A DNA stretch of 64,000 bases from an uncultured Trueperaceae bacterium (GCA_963839375.1 CAWIUY010000008.1:1-64000), one strand, 5' to 3'. Positions 22,410-32,574 are shown, counted from the stretch's first letter. Notes: a model not told the origin generated them from the letters alone. Program-made: numbers and translations.

Positions 22410-22915
22410 CGCGCGCCGTCCGGGCGCCCCGACCGCTCGAGCCCGAACGTGCTTGGGACTACGCGCTCTGGCTGTTGGGACGCCAGGCGTACACGGCGGC
22501 CGAGGTGCGCGCGCGGCTGCTGCGCCGGTCGCTGCCCGAGGCCGACGCCGACCGCGTCGTCGACCGCCTGCTGGCGTTGGGCTTGCTCGACGATCGCGCC
22601 TACGCCCAGGCGTACGTCGAGCGGCGGGCGGCGAGCCGCGGTCGCCTGGCGCTGCTGCAGGAGCTGGCGCGCAAGGGCGTCGCCCGATCGTTCATCGACG
22701 AGGCCCTGAGCGAGCGTAGCGACGACGACCAGCGCGGCGCGGCCGTGGCGCTGCTTCGCAAACAGGCGTGGCGCTTCGAGGCCGTCGCCGGGCCGGATCC
22801 CACGGCGGCCGCCCGCGCGCGCGCCAAGGCCTACGCGCTGCTCGTGCGCCGGGGCTTCCCCCCCGACGCCGTGCGCGAGGCGCTCGACGAGGCGCTGCCC
22901 GCCGCCGACGAGTGA
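22406..22915 (+). CDS. recX: regulatory protein RecX
   Basis: three-helix repeat pattern WDYALWLLGRQAYTAAEVRARLLRR...VDRLLALGLLDDRAYAQAYVE...; GTG overlapping the permease stop. Confidence 0.75.
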   Translation: MTRAVRAPRPLEPERAWDYALWLLGRQAYTAAEVRARLLRRSLPEADADRVVDRLLALGLLDDRAYAQAYVERRAASRGRLALLQELARKGVARSFIDEALSERSDDDQRGAAVALLRKQAWRFEAVAGPDPTAAARARAKAYALLVRRGFPPDAVREALDEALPAADE

Positions 22916-23063
22916 GAGGCGGCGAACGAGGGCCAGTCACGGGCGGCGCGCAGCGGGCGCGCGGTGGGCGGCGCCCGGTGGGCGGCCCGCAGCGCGCTGC
23001 GGGCGGCGCGCAACGCCATACCTTGACCCCCTGCCGTGCGGCGGGCTACGATCATCAGTCGCG

Positions 23064-23143
<80 letters not shown>

Positions 23144-23145
23144 CT

Positions 23146-23180
23146 AGCGGCCCGGAGGGATGCCTCCGGGCCGCTCTTTC
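23146..23180. terminator. rho-independent terminator hairpin (12-bp GC stem, GATG loop, T-rich tail) between tRNA-Pro and the convergent SDR gene
   Basis: GCGGCCCGGAGG-gatg-CCTCCGGGCCGC-TCTTTCG. Confidence 0.7.
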
Positions 23181-23194
23181 GTCGTCCACACCGC

Positions 23195-23974
23195 TCAGCA
23201 GCGCACCAACGTGGTGGCCGCGTCGACCCACATCTCGGTGCCCGAGATGGCGCCCGCCTGGGGCGACAGCAGGAACCCGATCGCCTCCGCCACCTCGCGC
23301 GACGTCATCTGGCGACCGCCCAGGAGCGGGTTCATCTCCTCCGAGGGCTCGATGTCGATCGCATCGACGTGGCGGCGCTCGGTCTTGTCCTCGATGTCGG
23401 TCTCCGTCGCGCCGGGGCAGACGGCGTTGACGCGGATCCGGTGCGGCGCGAGCTCGATGGCCATCTTCTTGGCCAGCGTGACCTGCGCCACCTTCGTGCA
23501 CGCGTAGGCGGTCGAACCGGCCGTCGAGAACGTGCGCGTCCCCTGCACCGACGACACGATGACCACCGCGCCGCCGCCCGCCCGCTTGAGGTGGGGCACG
23601 GTGTGATGCAACGTCAGGTAGGCACCGCGCAGGTTGACGGCCATCGTCCGGTCCCACTCGTCGGGTTCCAGGTCGTCGATCGGCGCCCAGACCCCGTTGA
23701 TGCCAGCGTTCGACACCACCAGGTCGAGCCGTCCCCAGCGCTCGACCAGGGCGTCGACCGCCGCGTGCATGGCGTCGGCGTCGGTGACGTCGGCGATGAG
23801 CGGGTGGGCGGCGCTGCCGTCGTCGGAGAGTTCTTTCGCGGTCGCCTCGATCTCGTCTTCGCTACGTCCGAGCACGCCCACCTTGGCGCCCTCGTGCACG
23901 AGCAGTTCGGCGGTCGCCCGCCCGATGCCGGAATTGGCACCCGTCACGAGCGCCACTTGGTCCTCGAACCTCAT
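23195..23974 (-). CDS. SDR-family short-chain dehydrogenase/reductase
   Basis: TGANSGIGRATA cofactor motif, NAG, YACTK catalytic motif. Confidence 0.85.
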   Translation of the reverse strand: MRFEDQVALVTGANSGIGRATAELLVHEGAKVGVLGRSEDEIEATAKELSDDGSAAHPLIADVTDADAMHAAVDALVERWGRLDLVVSNAGINGVWAPIDDLEPDEWDRTMAVNLRGAYLTLHHTVPHLKRAGGGAVVIVSSVQGTRTFSTAGSTAYACTKVAQVTLAKKMAIELAPHRIRVNAVCPGATETDIEDKTERRHVDAIDIEPSEEMNPLLGGRQMTSREVAEAIGFLLSPQAGAISGTEMWVDAATTLVRC

Positions 23975-24054
23975 CGTCGCCTCCGTCCGCGGTCGTCGTC
24001 GGACCGACCTGGGACCACCTTAGGAGGGTGGCGGCGGGGCGAGCGGCGCCGCGG

Positions 24055-24684
24055 TCACGCGCCGGCTCCGATGACGATGACGTGCACCTCCCCCGGTCCG
24101 TGGACCCCGGTCACGAGCGTCATCTCGATGTCGGCGGTGCGGCTCGGACCGGTGATCTGCACCAGGGCGGCCGGCAGGCCGTCGCCGGCCGCGGCGTCGG
24201 CGTAGAGCTCCGTGAGCCCGGGCCGCAGGTCGTCGACCGCCAGGAAGACCAGGTGCACAGGGGGCAACAGCCCCGCCACGCGGCCGGCCTCGCTGCGCAG
24301 GACCACCGTGCCGGTCTCGGCCACGCCCCGCCAGGCGTGGGTGACGCCGACGTCGGCGCTGGCGGCGTCCCGCGCCGTCACGCCGTCGGCCGTCACGACC
24401 GCTCGGGCGAGGTCGCTGGCGTCGGCGACGGCCGTGGCCCCCCGCGCCCGGACGAGCTCGGCCGCCCGCGCCACCGCGGCGGGCGCGTCGAGGCAGACGT
24501 GGACGTGCGCCCCGACGGCTCGCGAGCGCGCCACGAAGCGGGCGGTGAGCGCATCGGGATCCAGACCGGCCACGCTGGGCGCCACCAGCTCGCCGGGGGT
24601 GGGCGGCGGGAGGGGCGCCACGGCATCTCCCGGCGCGCGTCCCAGCGCCCGCCGCACCCGACCCACGAACGCCTCGCGATTCAC
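24055..24684 (-). CDS. lutC: lactate utilization protein C (LUD/YkgG domain)
   Basis: C-terminal ...LVQITGPSRTADIEMTLVTGVHGPGEVHVIVI typical of LutC; GTG start overlapping lutB stop. Confidence 0.7.
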   Translation of the reverse strand: MNREAFVGRVRRALGRAPGDAVAPLPPPTPGELVAPSVAGLDPDALTARFVARSRAVGAHVHVCLDAPAAVARAAELVRARGATAVADASDLARAVVTADGVTARDAASADVGVTHAWRGVAETGTVVLRSEAGRVAGLLPPVHLVFLAVDDLRPGLTELYADAAAGDGLPAALVQITGPSRTADIEMTLVTGVHGPGEVHVIVIGAGA

Positions 24685-26141
24685 GGCGTCTCGCCCTCGA
24701 CGGCGACCGGCGGCCGCGCTGCCGGTCGCTCCTCGCGCAGCTCGCGCCGCCAGCGCTCGCGGAACGAAGGCCCGCCCGCGACCGCCAGGTCGCGCTCCGC
24801 GAGCCAGCGACGCAGCAGCGGGACCCAACCGCCCTGGAGGTGACCGTCGCGCGCCAACAGCGCCGCCGCGAAGCGCCCCGCCCCCGTGGCCGCGCGCCAC
24901 GCGAGCGGTCGCTCGGCCACGAACGCGAAGGCGCCGATCCCCGCCCGCTCGACGGGTTCGGTCAGGCGCTCGGCCACGGCGCGCTGCCGGTGGGTGAGCA
25001 ACAGCTCGGGGATCGGGATCTTGACCGGGCAGACGTCGGCGCACGCGCCACAGAGCGTCGAGGCCTGGGGCAGGTCACGCGTGGCGGGCAGCCCCAGCAG
25101 GCCCGGGGCCAGGATCGCGCCGATCGGGCCACCGTAGACCCAGCCGTAGGCGTGTCCGCCGATGCGGCCGTAGACGGGGCAGTGGTTGAGACAGGCGCCG
25201 CAGCGGATGCAGCGCAGCGCGGCACGCAGCTCGGGGTCGGCCAGCACCTCGCTACGACCCGCGTCGACCAAGACCACGTGCACCGCCTCGGGTCCCTCGG
25301 TCTCGCCGGCGCGGCGAGGACCGCTGAGCAGGTTGACGTACGAGGTGGCCGCTTGGCCGGTGGCGCTGCGCGCCAACAACGCCAGGAAGGTCGGCAGGTC
25401 GGCCAGACGCGGCAGCAGCTTCTCCAGCCCCATCACCGCCACGTGCACCCGCGGCAGGCTGGTGGTGAGGCGCGCGTTGCCCTCGTTCTCCACCACCACC
25501 AGCGTGCCGCTGTCGGCGCAGGCGAAGTTGACGCCGCTGACGCCCAGGTCGGCCGCCTGGAAGGCCCGACGCAGCTCGCGCCGCGCGGCGCCGGTCAACG
25601 CCAACGGGTCCGCGTCCAGCGGCGTGCCGAGGTGCTCGTGGAACAGGGCGGCCACCCGCTCGCGGGTCCAGTGCAGCGCCGGCCCGACGACATGGCTGGG
25701 GACGTCGTGGCCCAGCTGCAGGATGTACTCGCCCAGGTCGGTCTCGATGGGCACCACGCCGGCCTCCGCCAGGGCGTCGTTGAGCCCGATCTCCTCGGTC
25801 ACCATCGACTTCGATTTGACGACGGTACGGGCGCCCGCGGCGCGAGCGATGTCGACCACGGCCGCCCGCGCTTCGGCCGCATCGGCGGCGAAGTGCACCT
25901 CCACCCCGCGCGCTGTTAGGGCGTCGATCAGACGCTCCAGGTAGACGTCGAGGTGATCGAGCAGGTGGACCTTGACCGCGGCCGCGCGCTCGCGCAGGAC
26001 CTCGAAGCTGTCGAGGTCGGCCATGGCGCTGCGACGGTTGCCGACGAACGCCCCGAGGGCGCGGTCGAGCGCCGTCCGCAGCTGCGCGTCGACGAGCGCC
26101 GCCTTGGCGGCGACCTTCAGCTTCTCGGTGGCGATCTCCAT
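24681..26141 (-). CDS. lutB: lactate utilization protein B, iron-sulfur cluster-binding
   Basis: two 4Fe-4S ferredoxin motifs CIRCGACLNHCP and CGACADVCP, DUF3390-like tail; ATG overlapping lutA stop (ATGA). Confidence 0.85.
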   Translation of the reverse strand: MEIATEKLKVAAKAALVDAQLRTALDRALGAFVGNRRSAMADLDSFEVLRERAAAVKVHLLDHLDVYLERLIDALTARGVEVHFAADAAEARAAVVDIARAAGARTVVKSKSMVTEEIGLNDALAEAGVVPIETDLGEYILQLGHDVPSHVVGPALHWTRERVAALFHEHLGTPLDADPLALTGAARRELRRAFQAADLGVSGVNFACADSGTLVVVENEGNARLTTSLPRVHVAVMGLEKLLPRLADLPTFLALLARSATGQAATSYVNLLSGPRRAGETEGPEAVHVVLVDAGRSEVLADPELRAALRCIRCGACLNHCPVYGRIGGHAYGWVYGGPIGAILAPGLLGLPATRDLPQASTLCGACADVCPVKIPIPELLLTHRQRAVAERLTEPVERAGIGAFAFVAERPLAWRAATGAGRFAAALLARDGHLQGGWVPLLRRWLAERDLAVAGGPSFRERWRRELREERPAARPPVAVEGETP

Positions 26142-26896
26142 CAGCGAACCCCGGCGCGGGTCACGCCCTCCCACAAGAGCTCGGCCACGTGCACCACGCG
26201 CGGACCCGGTGGCGCACCAGCCGAAGCCGCACGCCGTAGGCTCCCCCCCAACTGCAACAGGCAGCCGACGTCGGTCGACGTGAGCACGTCGGCGTCGGTC
26301 GCGTGGAGGCCGTCGTGCTTGGCGCGCGCCATGGCGGCGGAGACCTCGGGCAGCTTGACCGCGAACAGCCCACCGAACCCGCAGCACGTGTCGTGGCCAT
26401 CGGCTTCGACGAGCTCGGCGCCGGCGCTGCGCAGCAGGCGCCGCGGCGCCTCGGCCACGCGCAGCGTCCGCAGCGCATGGCAGCCGTCGTGGTAGGTCAC
26501 CCGCGTCCCGTGCAGCTCGGCGCCCAGCTGTTCGCGGCCCAACACGTCGACGAGGAAGCTGGTGAGCTCGAACGTGCGTGCCGCCAGATCGCGAGCGGCC
26601 GCGCCCGCGGTCGCGTCGCCCTCCAACAGCCGCGGGTAGTGGCCGACGAGCATCGAAGCGCAGGATCCAGACGGAAGCACCACGTAATCGAACCCGTCGA
26701 ACACCTTCAGGTGGTGCTCGGCCAGCCGACGCGCCTCGGCCGCGTAGCCGGCGTTGTAGGCCGGCTGGCCACAACAGGTCTGCGCCTCGGGGAAGACGAC
26801 GTCGACGCCCTGATGACGCAGCAGGCGCCAGGCGGCGACCGCCGTATCGGGCGCTGCCTGGTCGGCCAGGCAGGTGGCGAACAGGGCGACGCGCAC
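26141..26896 (-). CDS. lutA: lactate utilization protein A, (Fe-S)-binding CCG-domain protein
   Basis: VRVALFATCL...CCGQPAYNAGY...DGCHALR...CCGFGG; GTG start with GGAGG RBS; upstream part of ORF 26141..27313 is not coding. Confidence 0.85.
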   Translation of the reverse strand: MRVALFATCLADQAAPDTAVAAWRLLRHQGVDVVFPEAQTCCGQPAYNAGYAAEARRLAEHHLKVFDGFDYVVLPSGSCASMLVGHYPRLLEGDATAGAAARDLAARTFELTSFLVDVLGREQLGAELHGTRVTYHDGCHALRTLRVAEAPRRLLRSAGAELVEADGHDTCCGFGGLFAVKLPEVSAAMARAKHDGLHATDADVLTSTDVGCLLQLGGSLRRAASAGAPPGPRVVHVAELLWEGVTRAGVR

Positions 26897-27081
26897 GTGG
26901 ACCTCCCCGGCGCCGTGTTCTCGGCGCGTCCGCCGATGGTACCAGCAGACGCCCTCGAGCCGCCCCGGCGTCGCGCGGCCCGGTCCCGGGCGGAGCCCGT
27001 CACCCACGCCGCCTCGTGGCGCGGGAGGCGTGCTAGCCTCGGCCCAGATCGCGCCCCGCGGGAGGTGACATACCGCGGGCC

Positions 27082-28053
27082 GTGGTGCGTTCTCGCCGCC
27101 GCCGACCCGTCGGTCCGGCTCCACCACCGCCCGGAGGACCCCCGTTGTCGAACGTCGCCCGTCCCATCCGTCCTGCGCTCGTGCTCGCCACCGCCGTGGC
27201 GGCGGGGCCCGCCTTCGCCAGCGCTCTCTTCGCGCTGGCCGGCTTCGGCGCGACGCCGCCGACGACGCTTCCCTGGACCGTGTTGCTGCTCGCAGGCGCG
27301 CTCCTGGCCGCACCCGCCGCGGCCGCCATGGCGCGGCTCCCGCAGCGCTCGTCGCTCGTCCTCGGCGCCGCAGCGGCCCTGATCGCCGCGTCGCTGAGCC
27401 TGGTGGTCGGGTTACCGACCGGCTACCTCATGACGTTGCCCGTGACCCTGGCGCTCGCGTTCGCGTTGCGGGCGCTGCCAGGTCCCCGCCCCGTGCTCTA
27501 CGGCGCCGCCCTGGTCTACGTCGGCTGCACGGTGCTCGCCAACTTCACGCTCGACTCGTTCGTGCCGATCGGCGACTTCTTCTTGCTCAACGTCGGCACG
27601 CTCTTCTTCGGGATCACGTTCACGCAGCGCGACCGCCTGCACGGCTTCGGACGCCGCGTCGTCTACCGCGTCATCGTGTTGGCCGCCGTGGCGAACGTGG
27701 GGGCGGCCTGGGCGGTGGGCACCCCCTGGCGCTACGTGGCGGTGAGCTTCCTCGCCATCATCGTCGCGGAGGCCGCCGACACCGAGGTGTACCACCGGCT
27801 CCTCCACCGCCGCTGGTTCACCCGGGTCGCCGGTTCGAACGCCGTCTCGGCGCCGCTCGACACGATCCTGTTCACCGTGCTCGCCTTCGCCGGCGCCCCC
27901 TTCGCGACCGGCGCCTGGATGACCCAAGTGATCGTCACCGACGTGCTGGTCAAGTACGGGGCCAGCCTGGTGGCCGCCGTGACGCTGCTGGGGCGCCCCG
28001 GTTGGCAACCGCGCGTGCCGATCGAGCCCTTGGCGCCCGCCCGCCGGACCTGA
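27082..28053 (+). CDS. queuosine-precursor transporter (YhhQ/DUF165, VUT family)
   Basis: FLLNVGTLFFGITFTQRDRLHGFG signature; start uncertain (TTG ~27142 or ATG 27328). Confidence 0.65.
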   Translation: MVRSRRRRPVGPAPPPPGGPPLSNVARPIRPALVLATAVAAGPAFASALFALAGFGATPPTTLPWTVLLLAGALLAAPAAAAMARLPQRSSLVLGAAAALIAASLSLVVGLPTGYLMTLPVTLALAFALRALPGPRPVLYGAALVYVGCTVLANFTLDSFVPIGDFFLLNVGTLFFGITFTQRDRLHGFGRRVVYRVIVLAAVANVGAAWAVGTPWRYVAVSFLAIIVAEAADTEVYHRLLHRRWFTRVAGSNAVSAPLDTILFTVLAFAGAPFATGAWMTQVIVTDVLVKYGASLVAAVTLLGRPGWQPRVPIEPLAPARRT

Positions 28054-28089
28054 CGGTCGCCGCGCCGTGAGAGCCCGGTCCAGACCGGC

Positions 28090-29484
28090 TTACCGGCTGC
28101 CGGCCGCCGCCTCGCCCAGCCGCGCTGCGCCCTGCCACACCCGAGCCGAGCCGGTCACGACGTACGTCGCCAGGGACAGCGCCAGACCGTCCTCACCGGC
28201 GGCGGTCGTGATCATCAAACCGACGGGCAGGCCCTGCGGATCGAGCCCGATGGGCACCGTGCTGGCCGGCGTCCCGAGCAGGTTGCCGATCGTCGTGTTG
28301 CGCAGCACCCGCGCGTTCGCGGCCAGGTACGCCTCGTCGCTCGCCTCCAGCGGCGCGATCGCCGGCGGCGCCACCGCCACCGTGGGTGCCAACAGCGCGT
28401 CGAAGGGCGCCATCTTCGCGGCCACCGCCGACCGCAGGCGCTCGCGCGCGTAGCCGAGCCGGATGTAGTCGCTCGCCGGCCGGCCGGCGGCGGCGCGGAT
28501 GCGCGTCACCACCCGCGTGTCCATCGCCGCCTCGTGCTCGCGCAACAGGTCCTCGTAGAGCGCCCACGCCTCGTGCGCGGCGAAGGAGCCGTAGCGCGCG
28601 TACAGTCCGTCGAGCTCGGCGAGTTCTGGGAGCGGGTCGCGGACGATCTCGTGCCCGGCGTCCTCCAGCGCCGTCAGCGCCGCCTCGAAACACCCCAGCA
28701 CGCCCGGCTCGACGCCCTCCTGCCAGACGGTGGGCGGCGCCCAGAAGCGGGCGACCGGGGGCGGCGCGGTCACGGGCGCCACCGGCAGCGCCGCCATCGC
28801 ACGCCACAGCGCCCACGCGTCGTCGACGTCGCGGGCCAGCGGGCCGAGGGTGTCGAGCGTCGTCGACAGCGCGACAGCGCCATCCGTGGGCAGCGCGCCG
28901 TCGGTCGTCTTGAGACCTACCAAGCCGTTGAAGGACGCGGGGATCCGCACCGATCCGCCGGTGTCGCTGCCGACGCCCGCTGCGGCCCAACCCCGGGCCA
29001 CCGCCACCGCCGTCCCGCTCGAGGAACCGCCCGGGACGCGGTCGCCATCGAACGCGTTCCCCGGCGTGCCGGTGTGCGGGTTGAGGCCGAGGCCGGAGAA
29101 GGCGAGCTCCGTCATCGTCGTCTTGCCGAGGAAGACCGCGCCGGCGGCGTCGAGACGTGCCACGACCGGGCAGTCCTGGGCGGCCGGCGGCGCATCGAAG
29201 AAGGCCGGCGAACCGGCGCCCGTCACGTCGCCCGCCGTGTCGACGAGGTCCTTGACGGCGATCGGTACCCCGTCGAGCGGGCCACCGAGATGCCCCTGCC
29301 GCCAGCGTCGCGACGCCGCGGCGGCCTGATGGCGCGCGCGGTCGGCGGTCACGAGCCGGTACACGTCGCCGGCCGATACCTTCGCCAGGTAGGCGTCGGC
29401 GACCTCGGCGGGGTCGAGCTCCCCCTCGCGGTAGGCGAGAGCCAGGGCATGCAGACCTAGGGTGGTGGGATCGACGCTGGCCAT
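28090..29484 (-). CDS. amidase (amidase-signature family)
   Basis: GGSSSGTAVAVA...GSDTGGSVRIPASFNG signature with Ser-cisSer-Lys catalytic residues. Confidence 0.85.
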   Translation of the reverse strand: MASVDPTTLGLHALALAYREGELDPAEVADAYLAKVSAGDVYRLVTADRARHQAAAASRRWRQGHLGGPLDGVPIAVKDLVDTAGDVTGAGSPAFFDAPPAAQDCPVVARLDAAGAVFLGKTTMTELAFSGLGLNPHTGTPGNAFDGDRVPGGSSSGTAVAVARGWAAAGVGSDTGGSVRIPASFNGLVGLKTTDGALPTDGAVALSTTLDTLGPLARDVDDAWALWRAMAALPVAPVTAPPPVARFWAPPTVWQEGVEPGVLGCFEAALTALEDAGHEIVRDPLPELAELDGLYARYGSFAAHEAWALYEDLLREHEAAMDTRVVTRIRAAAGRPASDYIRLGYARERLRSAVAAKMAPFDALLAPTVAVAPPAIAPLEASDEAYLAANARVLRNTTIGNLLGTPASTVPIGLDPQGLPVGLMITTAAGEDGLALSLATYVVTGSARVWQGAARLGEAAAGSR

Positions 29485-29585
29485 GGCCCAGCGTACCCGG
29501 AGGCGACGCAGGGCGCCCGGTCGGCGGCCGGAGCGACCGCGGTAGCATGCGGGGTCGCCCTGACCGGGCGCGCTTCGGAGGACGT

Positions 29586-29870
29586 ATGCAACGCACCCGC
29601 GCCGAGCTCGAAGCGATGAGCCACGACGACCTGGTCCACCGCGTGCTCGAGCTCCAGGACATGCTGCGCGAAGGGCTCGCCGTTCGCAGCACGCTCCACG
29701 CCGTGCTCAACGCGCTGCTGGCGGCCAAGGACGACGAGGTCGCGCGCTACGCCGACGCCGACGAGGCTGCCCTCTCGCTCGAGGAGCAAGAGCTCAAGCG
29801 TGCGTGGGCGGCCGCGCGTCACGCCGTGTCGAACCCGCTGGGAGCGACCCGCGCGCGTCAGGAAGCCTGA
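29586..29870 (+). CDS. small hypothetical helical protein
   Basis: ATG with GGAGGA RBS; sits upstream of the SPFH gene; no recognisable domain. Confidence 0.4.
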   Translation: MQRTRAELEAMSHDDLVHRVLELQDMLREGLAVRSTLHAVLNALLAAKDDEVARYADADEAALSLEEQELKRAWAAARHAVSNPLGATRARQEA

Positions 29871-29920
29871 ACCCACATGTGATGGGCGTCACAGCCTACA
29901 CTCGGTAGCGGAGGTTCTTC

Positions 29921-30856
29921 GTGAACATCGTCCTGCTCGTCGGGCTGGCCCTCGTCGTCCTCGGCGTCGGTCTGATCGCCCAAGCCCGCCAGCTCGCCCG
30001 TCCCGGCGCCCGCGCCGCCGGCTTCGCCTCGATCATCGCCGGCGCCGCCGTCGCCTTCTTGTCGTTCACCTTCGTCGTGATCCCCGCCGGCAACGTGGGC
30101 GTGCTGTTCAACGTCTTCGGCGGCGTCCAGGAGAACGAGCTGGGCGAAGGGTTCCACATCGTCCTCCCCGTGCTGCAACAGGTGACCCTGTACGACGTTC
30201 GCCAACAGGAGCTCACGCTCGCCAACACCGTCGGGGACCAGATCAACGCCCGTTCGTCCGAGGGTCTCGACATCGGCGTCGACGTCACCGTGCTGTACCA
30301 GGTGGCCGCCACCGAGGCGGCCGCCTTGCACCAAGACATCGGTCCGTCCTACGTCAACATCCGACTGCGTCCCCAGGTCCGCACGGCGGTGCGTGATGGG
30401 ATCGCCGAGTACAACGCGGCGGACCTGATCAGCAGCCAGCGGATGCAGCTCCAGCGCGGCATCGAGGCGGCCCTGTCGTCGAGCCTCGAGACCGACAACC
30501 TGCGCATCTTGGGTGTGCTGCTTCGCGACGTGCGGATCCCCACGCTGATCACGGACGCGATCGAGGAGAAGCAGGCGGCCGAACAGCAGGTCGAGGTCGA
30601 GGAGAACCGCCGCCGGCAGTCCGAGATCTCCGCGCAACGGCGCGTGATCGAGGCCGAGGGCGAGCGCGACGCGACCATCGCGCGCGCCGAGGGTGAAGCC
30701 CAGGCGCTCCAGCTCCGAGCCGACGCGCTACGTGGCAACCCGGACCTGATCCAGCTCGAGTTCGCCCAGCGCCTTGCGCCCACGGTCCAGACGATCATGC
30801 TGCCCACCGACGGCAACTTCCTGATGGACGTGCGGCAGCTGGCGCTCGGCAACTGA
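29921..30856 (+). CDS. SPFH/band-7 (prohibitin/HflC-like) membrane protein
   Basis: N-terminal TM, band-7 core, C-terminal E/Q/R/A-rich coiled coil. Confidence 0.8.
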   Translation: MNIVLLVGLALVVLGVGLIAQARQLARPGARAAGFASIIAGAAVAFLSFTFVVIPAGNVGVLFNVFGGVQENELGEGFHIVLPVLQQVTLYDVRQQELTLANTVGDQINARSSEGLDIGVDVTVLYQVAATEAAALHQDIGPSYVNIRLRPQVRTAVRDGIAEYNAADLISSQRMQLQRGIEAALSSSLETDNLRILGVLLRDVRIPTLITDAIEEKQAAEQQVEVEENRRRQSEISAQRRVIEAEGERDATIARAEGEAQALQLRADALRGNPDLIQLEFAQRLAPTVQTIMLPTDGNFLMDVRQLALGN

Positions 30857-30985
30857 ACGTGCTCGCGTGACAGCGGTGGACGGGCGTGCTAGCGTCCGTC
30901 CACCCGAACGCCGCCGGTTTCACTCGGGTCGGCCCAGCGTGGGCCCACGGCCGGACGAGCCTTACCGGGTGGGAGAAGGCTTCGC

Positions 30986-31501
30986 ATGGACGAGTCTGGT
31001 CGCACGTCGCCACCGATCTCAGCGCCGCAGACCTCGGCACCGCAGACCTCGGCGCCACGCTTCCTCGCTGCGGGGGAGGACCGCTTCGGCGAGGACCGCG
31101 GCCTGGGGATCAGTTCGATCGCCTTCAAGGTCACGCCCGCCGACGGGCCCGACGTTCTCGTCCTCGAGAACGTCTTCCACGCCCCCGGTGGACCGGCCCG
31201 GCACCTGCACCATGACCAAGACGAGTGGTTCTCCGTGGTCGCGGGTACGTTCCGGTTCGAGGTGGGCGACGCGCGCTTCGAGCTGACCGCCGGCGACTCC
31301 CTGTGGGGGCCGCGCGGCGTCCCGCACGTCTGGGCGTCCACGGGCGCGAGCGGGCGCATCGTCATCGGCTTCTTCCCGGCCGGCCGGATGGAGGCCTTCT
31401 TCCGCGAGGTCACGCGTGCGAACGCCATGCCCCCGCAGGACCCGGAGCTGTGGCGGGCCCACGGCATGGCGCTGACGGGACCGCCCTTGCTGGGCCGCTA
31501 G
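30986..31501 (+). CDS. cupin-domain protein
   Basis: G(X)5HxH(X)nE...PxGxxHxW-like cupin motifs (ARHLHHDQDEWF...GVPHVW); N-terminus has SAPQT tandem repeats. Confidence 0.65.
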   Translation: MDESGRTSPPISAPQTSAPQTSAPRFLAAGEDRFGEDRGLGISSIAFKVTPADGPDVLVLENVFHAPGGPARHLHHDQDEWFSVVAGTFRFEVGDARFELTAGDSLWGPRGVPHVWASTGASGRIVIGFFPAGRMEAFFREVTRANAMPPQDPELWRAHGMALTGPPLLGR

Positions 31502-31585
31502 CGAGCGTCCGATCGGCGGCGCGCCGCGCCGTCACCGGTCGTCTGCGGCGCGAGGACGGGGGCCCACCGCATAGGGTGCAGTGCC

Positions 31586-32293
31586 ATGATCCTGCTGACC
31601 CTCGTCATCACGCTCGGGTGGGCGGCCATCCACGTCTTCTCGGCCCGCTGGCTGCAGCTCGAGAGCGTCCCGCGCAGCATCTGGCTGTCGATGGCGGGCG
31701 GGGTATCGGTCGCGTACGTGTTCATCCACCTCCTGCCGGAGATCGCCGCCGCACAGGCGGTGCTCCGACAACAAGACGCCTTGCGGTGGTTGTCGCACCA
31801 CGCGTACCTGGTGGCGCTCGTCGGACTCTGCACGTTCTACGGGCTCGACCAACTGGCGCGGAGGACGCGCCGCGCCCCCGAGGCGGAGCGGCGCCCCGCG
31901 TTCTGGTTGCACGTCGGGTCGTTCGCGATCTACAACGGCCTCGTCGCGTACTTGCTGCTGCACCGTGAAGAGACCGGGATCTTGCCGCTGGCGTACTACG
32001 CCGTCGCGCTGGGGTTGCACTTCGTGGTCACCGATCACGGCTTGCGCGAGCACCACCGCGAGCAGTACCAGACCCACGGCCGCTGGGTCCTGGCCGGGGC
32101 CCTGCTGGTCGGCTGGGCGATCTCCACGGCCGTCGCCGTCCCCGAGTCCTGGCTGGTGGTGATCTTCGCTTTCCTCGCCGGTGGCGTGGTCCTCAACGTG
32201 CTCAAGGAAGAGCTGCCCGAGGACCGCCAGAGCCGCTTCTGGGCGTTCATGGTGGGGGCGGGCGTCTACGCGGTGCTGCTCGTCGCGCTGTAG
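31586..32293 (+). CDS. hypothetical polytopic membrane protein with His/Glu/Asp-rich motifs; metal-transporter-like, unassigned
   Basis: 7-8 hydrophobic helices; HLLPE and HFVVTDHGLREHH motifs. Confidence 0.5.
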   Translation: MILLTLVITLGWAAIHVFSARWLQLESVPRSIWLSMAGGVSVAYVFIHLLPEIAAAQAVLRQQDALRWLSHHAYLVALVGLCTFYGLDQLARRTRRAPEAERRPAFWLHVGSFAIYNGLVAYLLLHREETGILPLAYYAVALGLHFVVTDHGLREHHREQYQTHGRWVLAGALLVGWAISTAVAVPESWLVVIFAFLAGGVVLNVLKEELPEDRQSRFWAFMVGAGVYAVLLVAL

Positions 32294-32326
32294 GCGTTCC
32301 CGGGCTCGACGGCTTCAGGCCAAAAC

Positions 32327-32359
32327 GAAACGGACCGAACCCTAGGTTCAGTCCGTTTC
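32327..32359 (-). terminator. hairpin terminator downstream of tRNA-Asn
   Basis: GAAACGGAC...GTCCGTTTC stem followed on the minus strand by GTTTTGG. Confidence 0.6.
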
Positions 32360-32379
32360 CCATCTCCTGAGAGATGACA

Positions 32380-32454
32380 TGGCTCGGCGGGTAGGAATCG
32401 AACCTACGACCAATCGGTTAACAGCCGATCGCTCTACCGCTGAGCTACCGCCGA
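32380..32454 (-). tRNA. tRNA-Asn (anticodon GTT)
   Basis: reverse complement folds by hand: acceptor TCGGCGG/CCGCCGA, anticodon loop CTGTTAA, T-loop TTCGATT, CCA end. Confidence 0.9.
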
Positions 32455-32574
32455 ACGAGCGCTCGCGACCGCGACCGGCGGATCGCGTCGCGAGCGGCCA
32501 TCAGGCTACCAGAGGCGCGCGGGGCCTGTCCAGCGGCACGCGACGCCCACCGGCCGGCGTCGAGCGGAGAGCGT

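Noticed and set aside
31019-31060. 15-bp tandem repeat (SAPQT x3) at the N-terminus of the cupin protein
   Set aside because: Short in-frame low-complexity repeat. Probably a benign linker.
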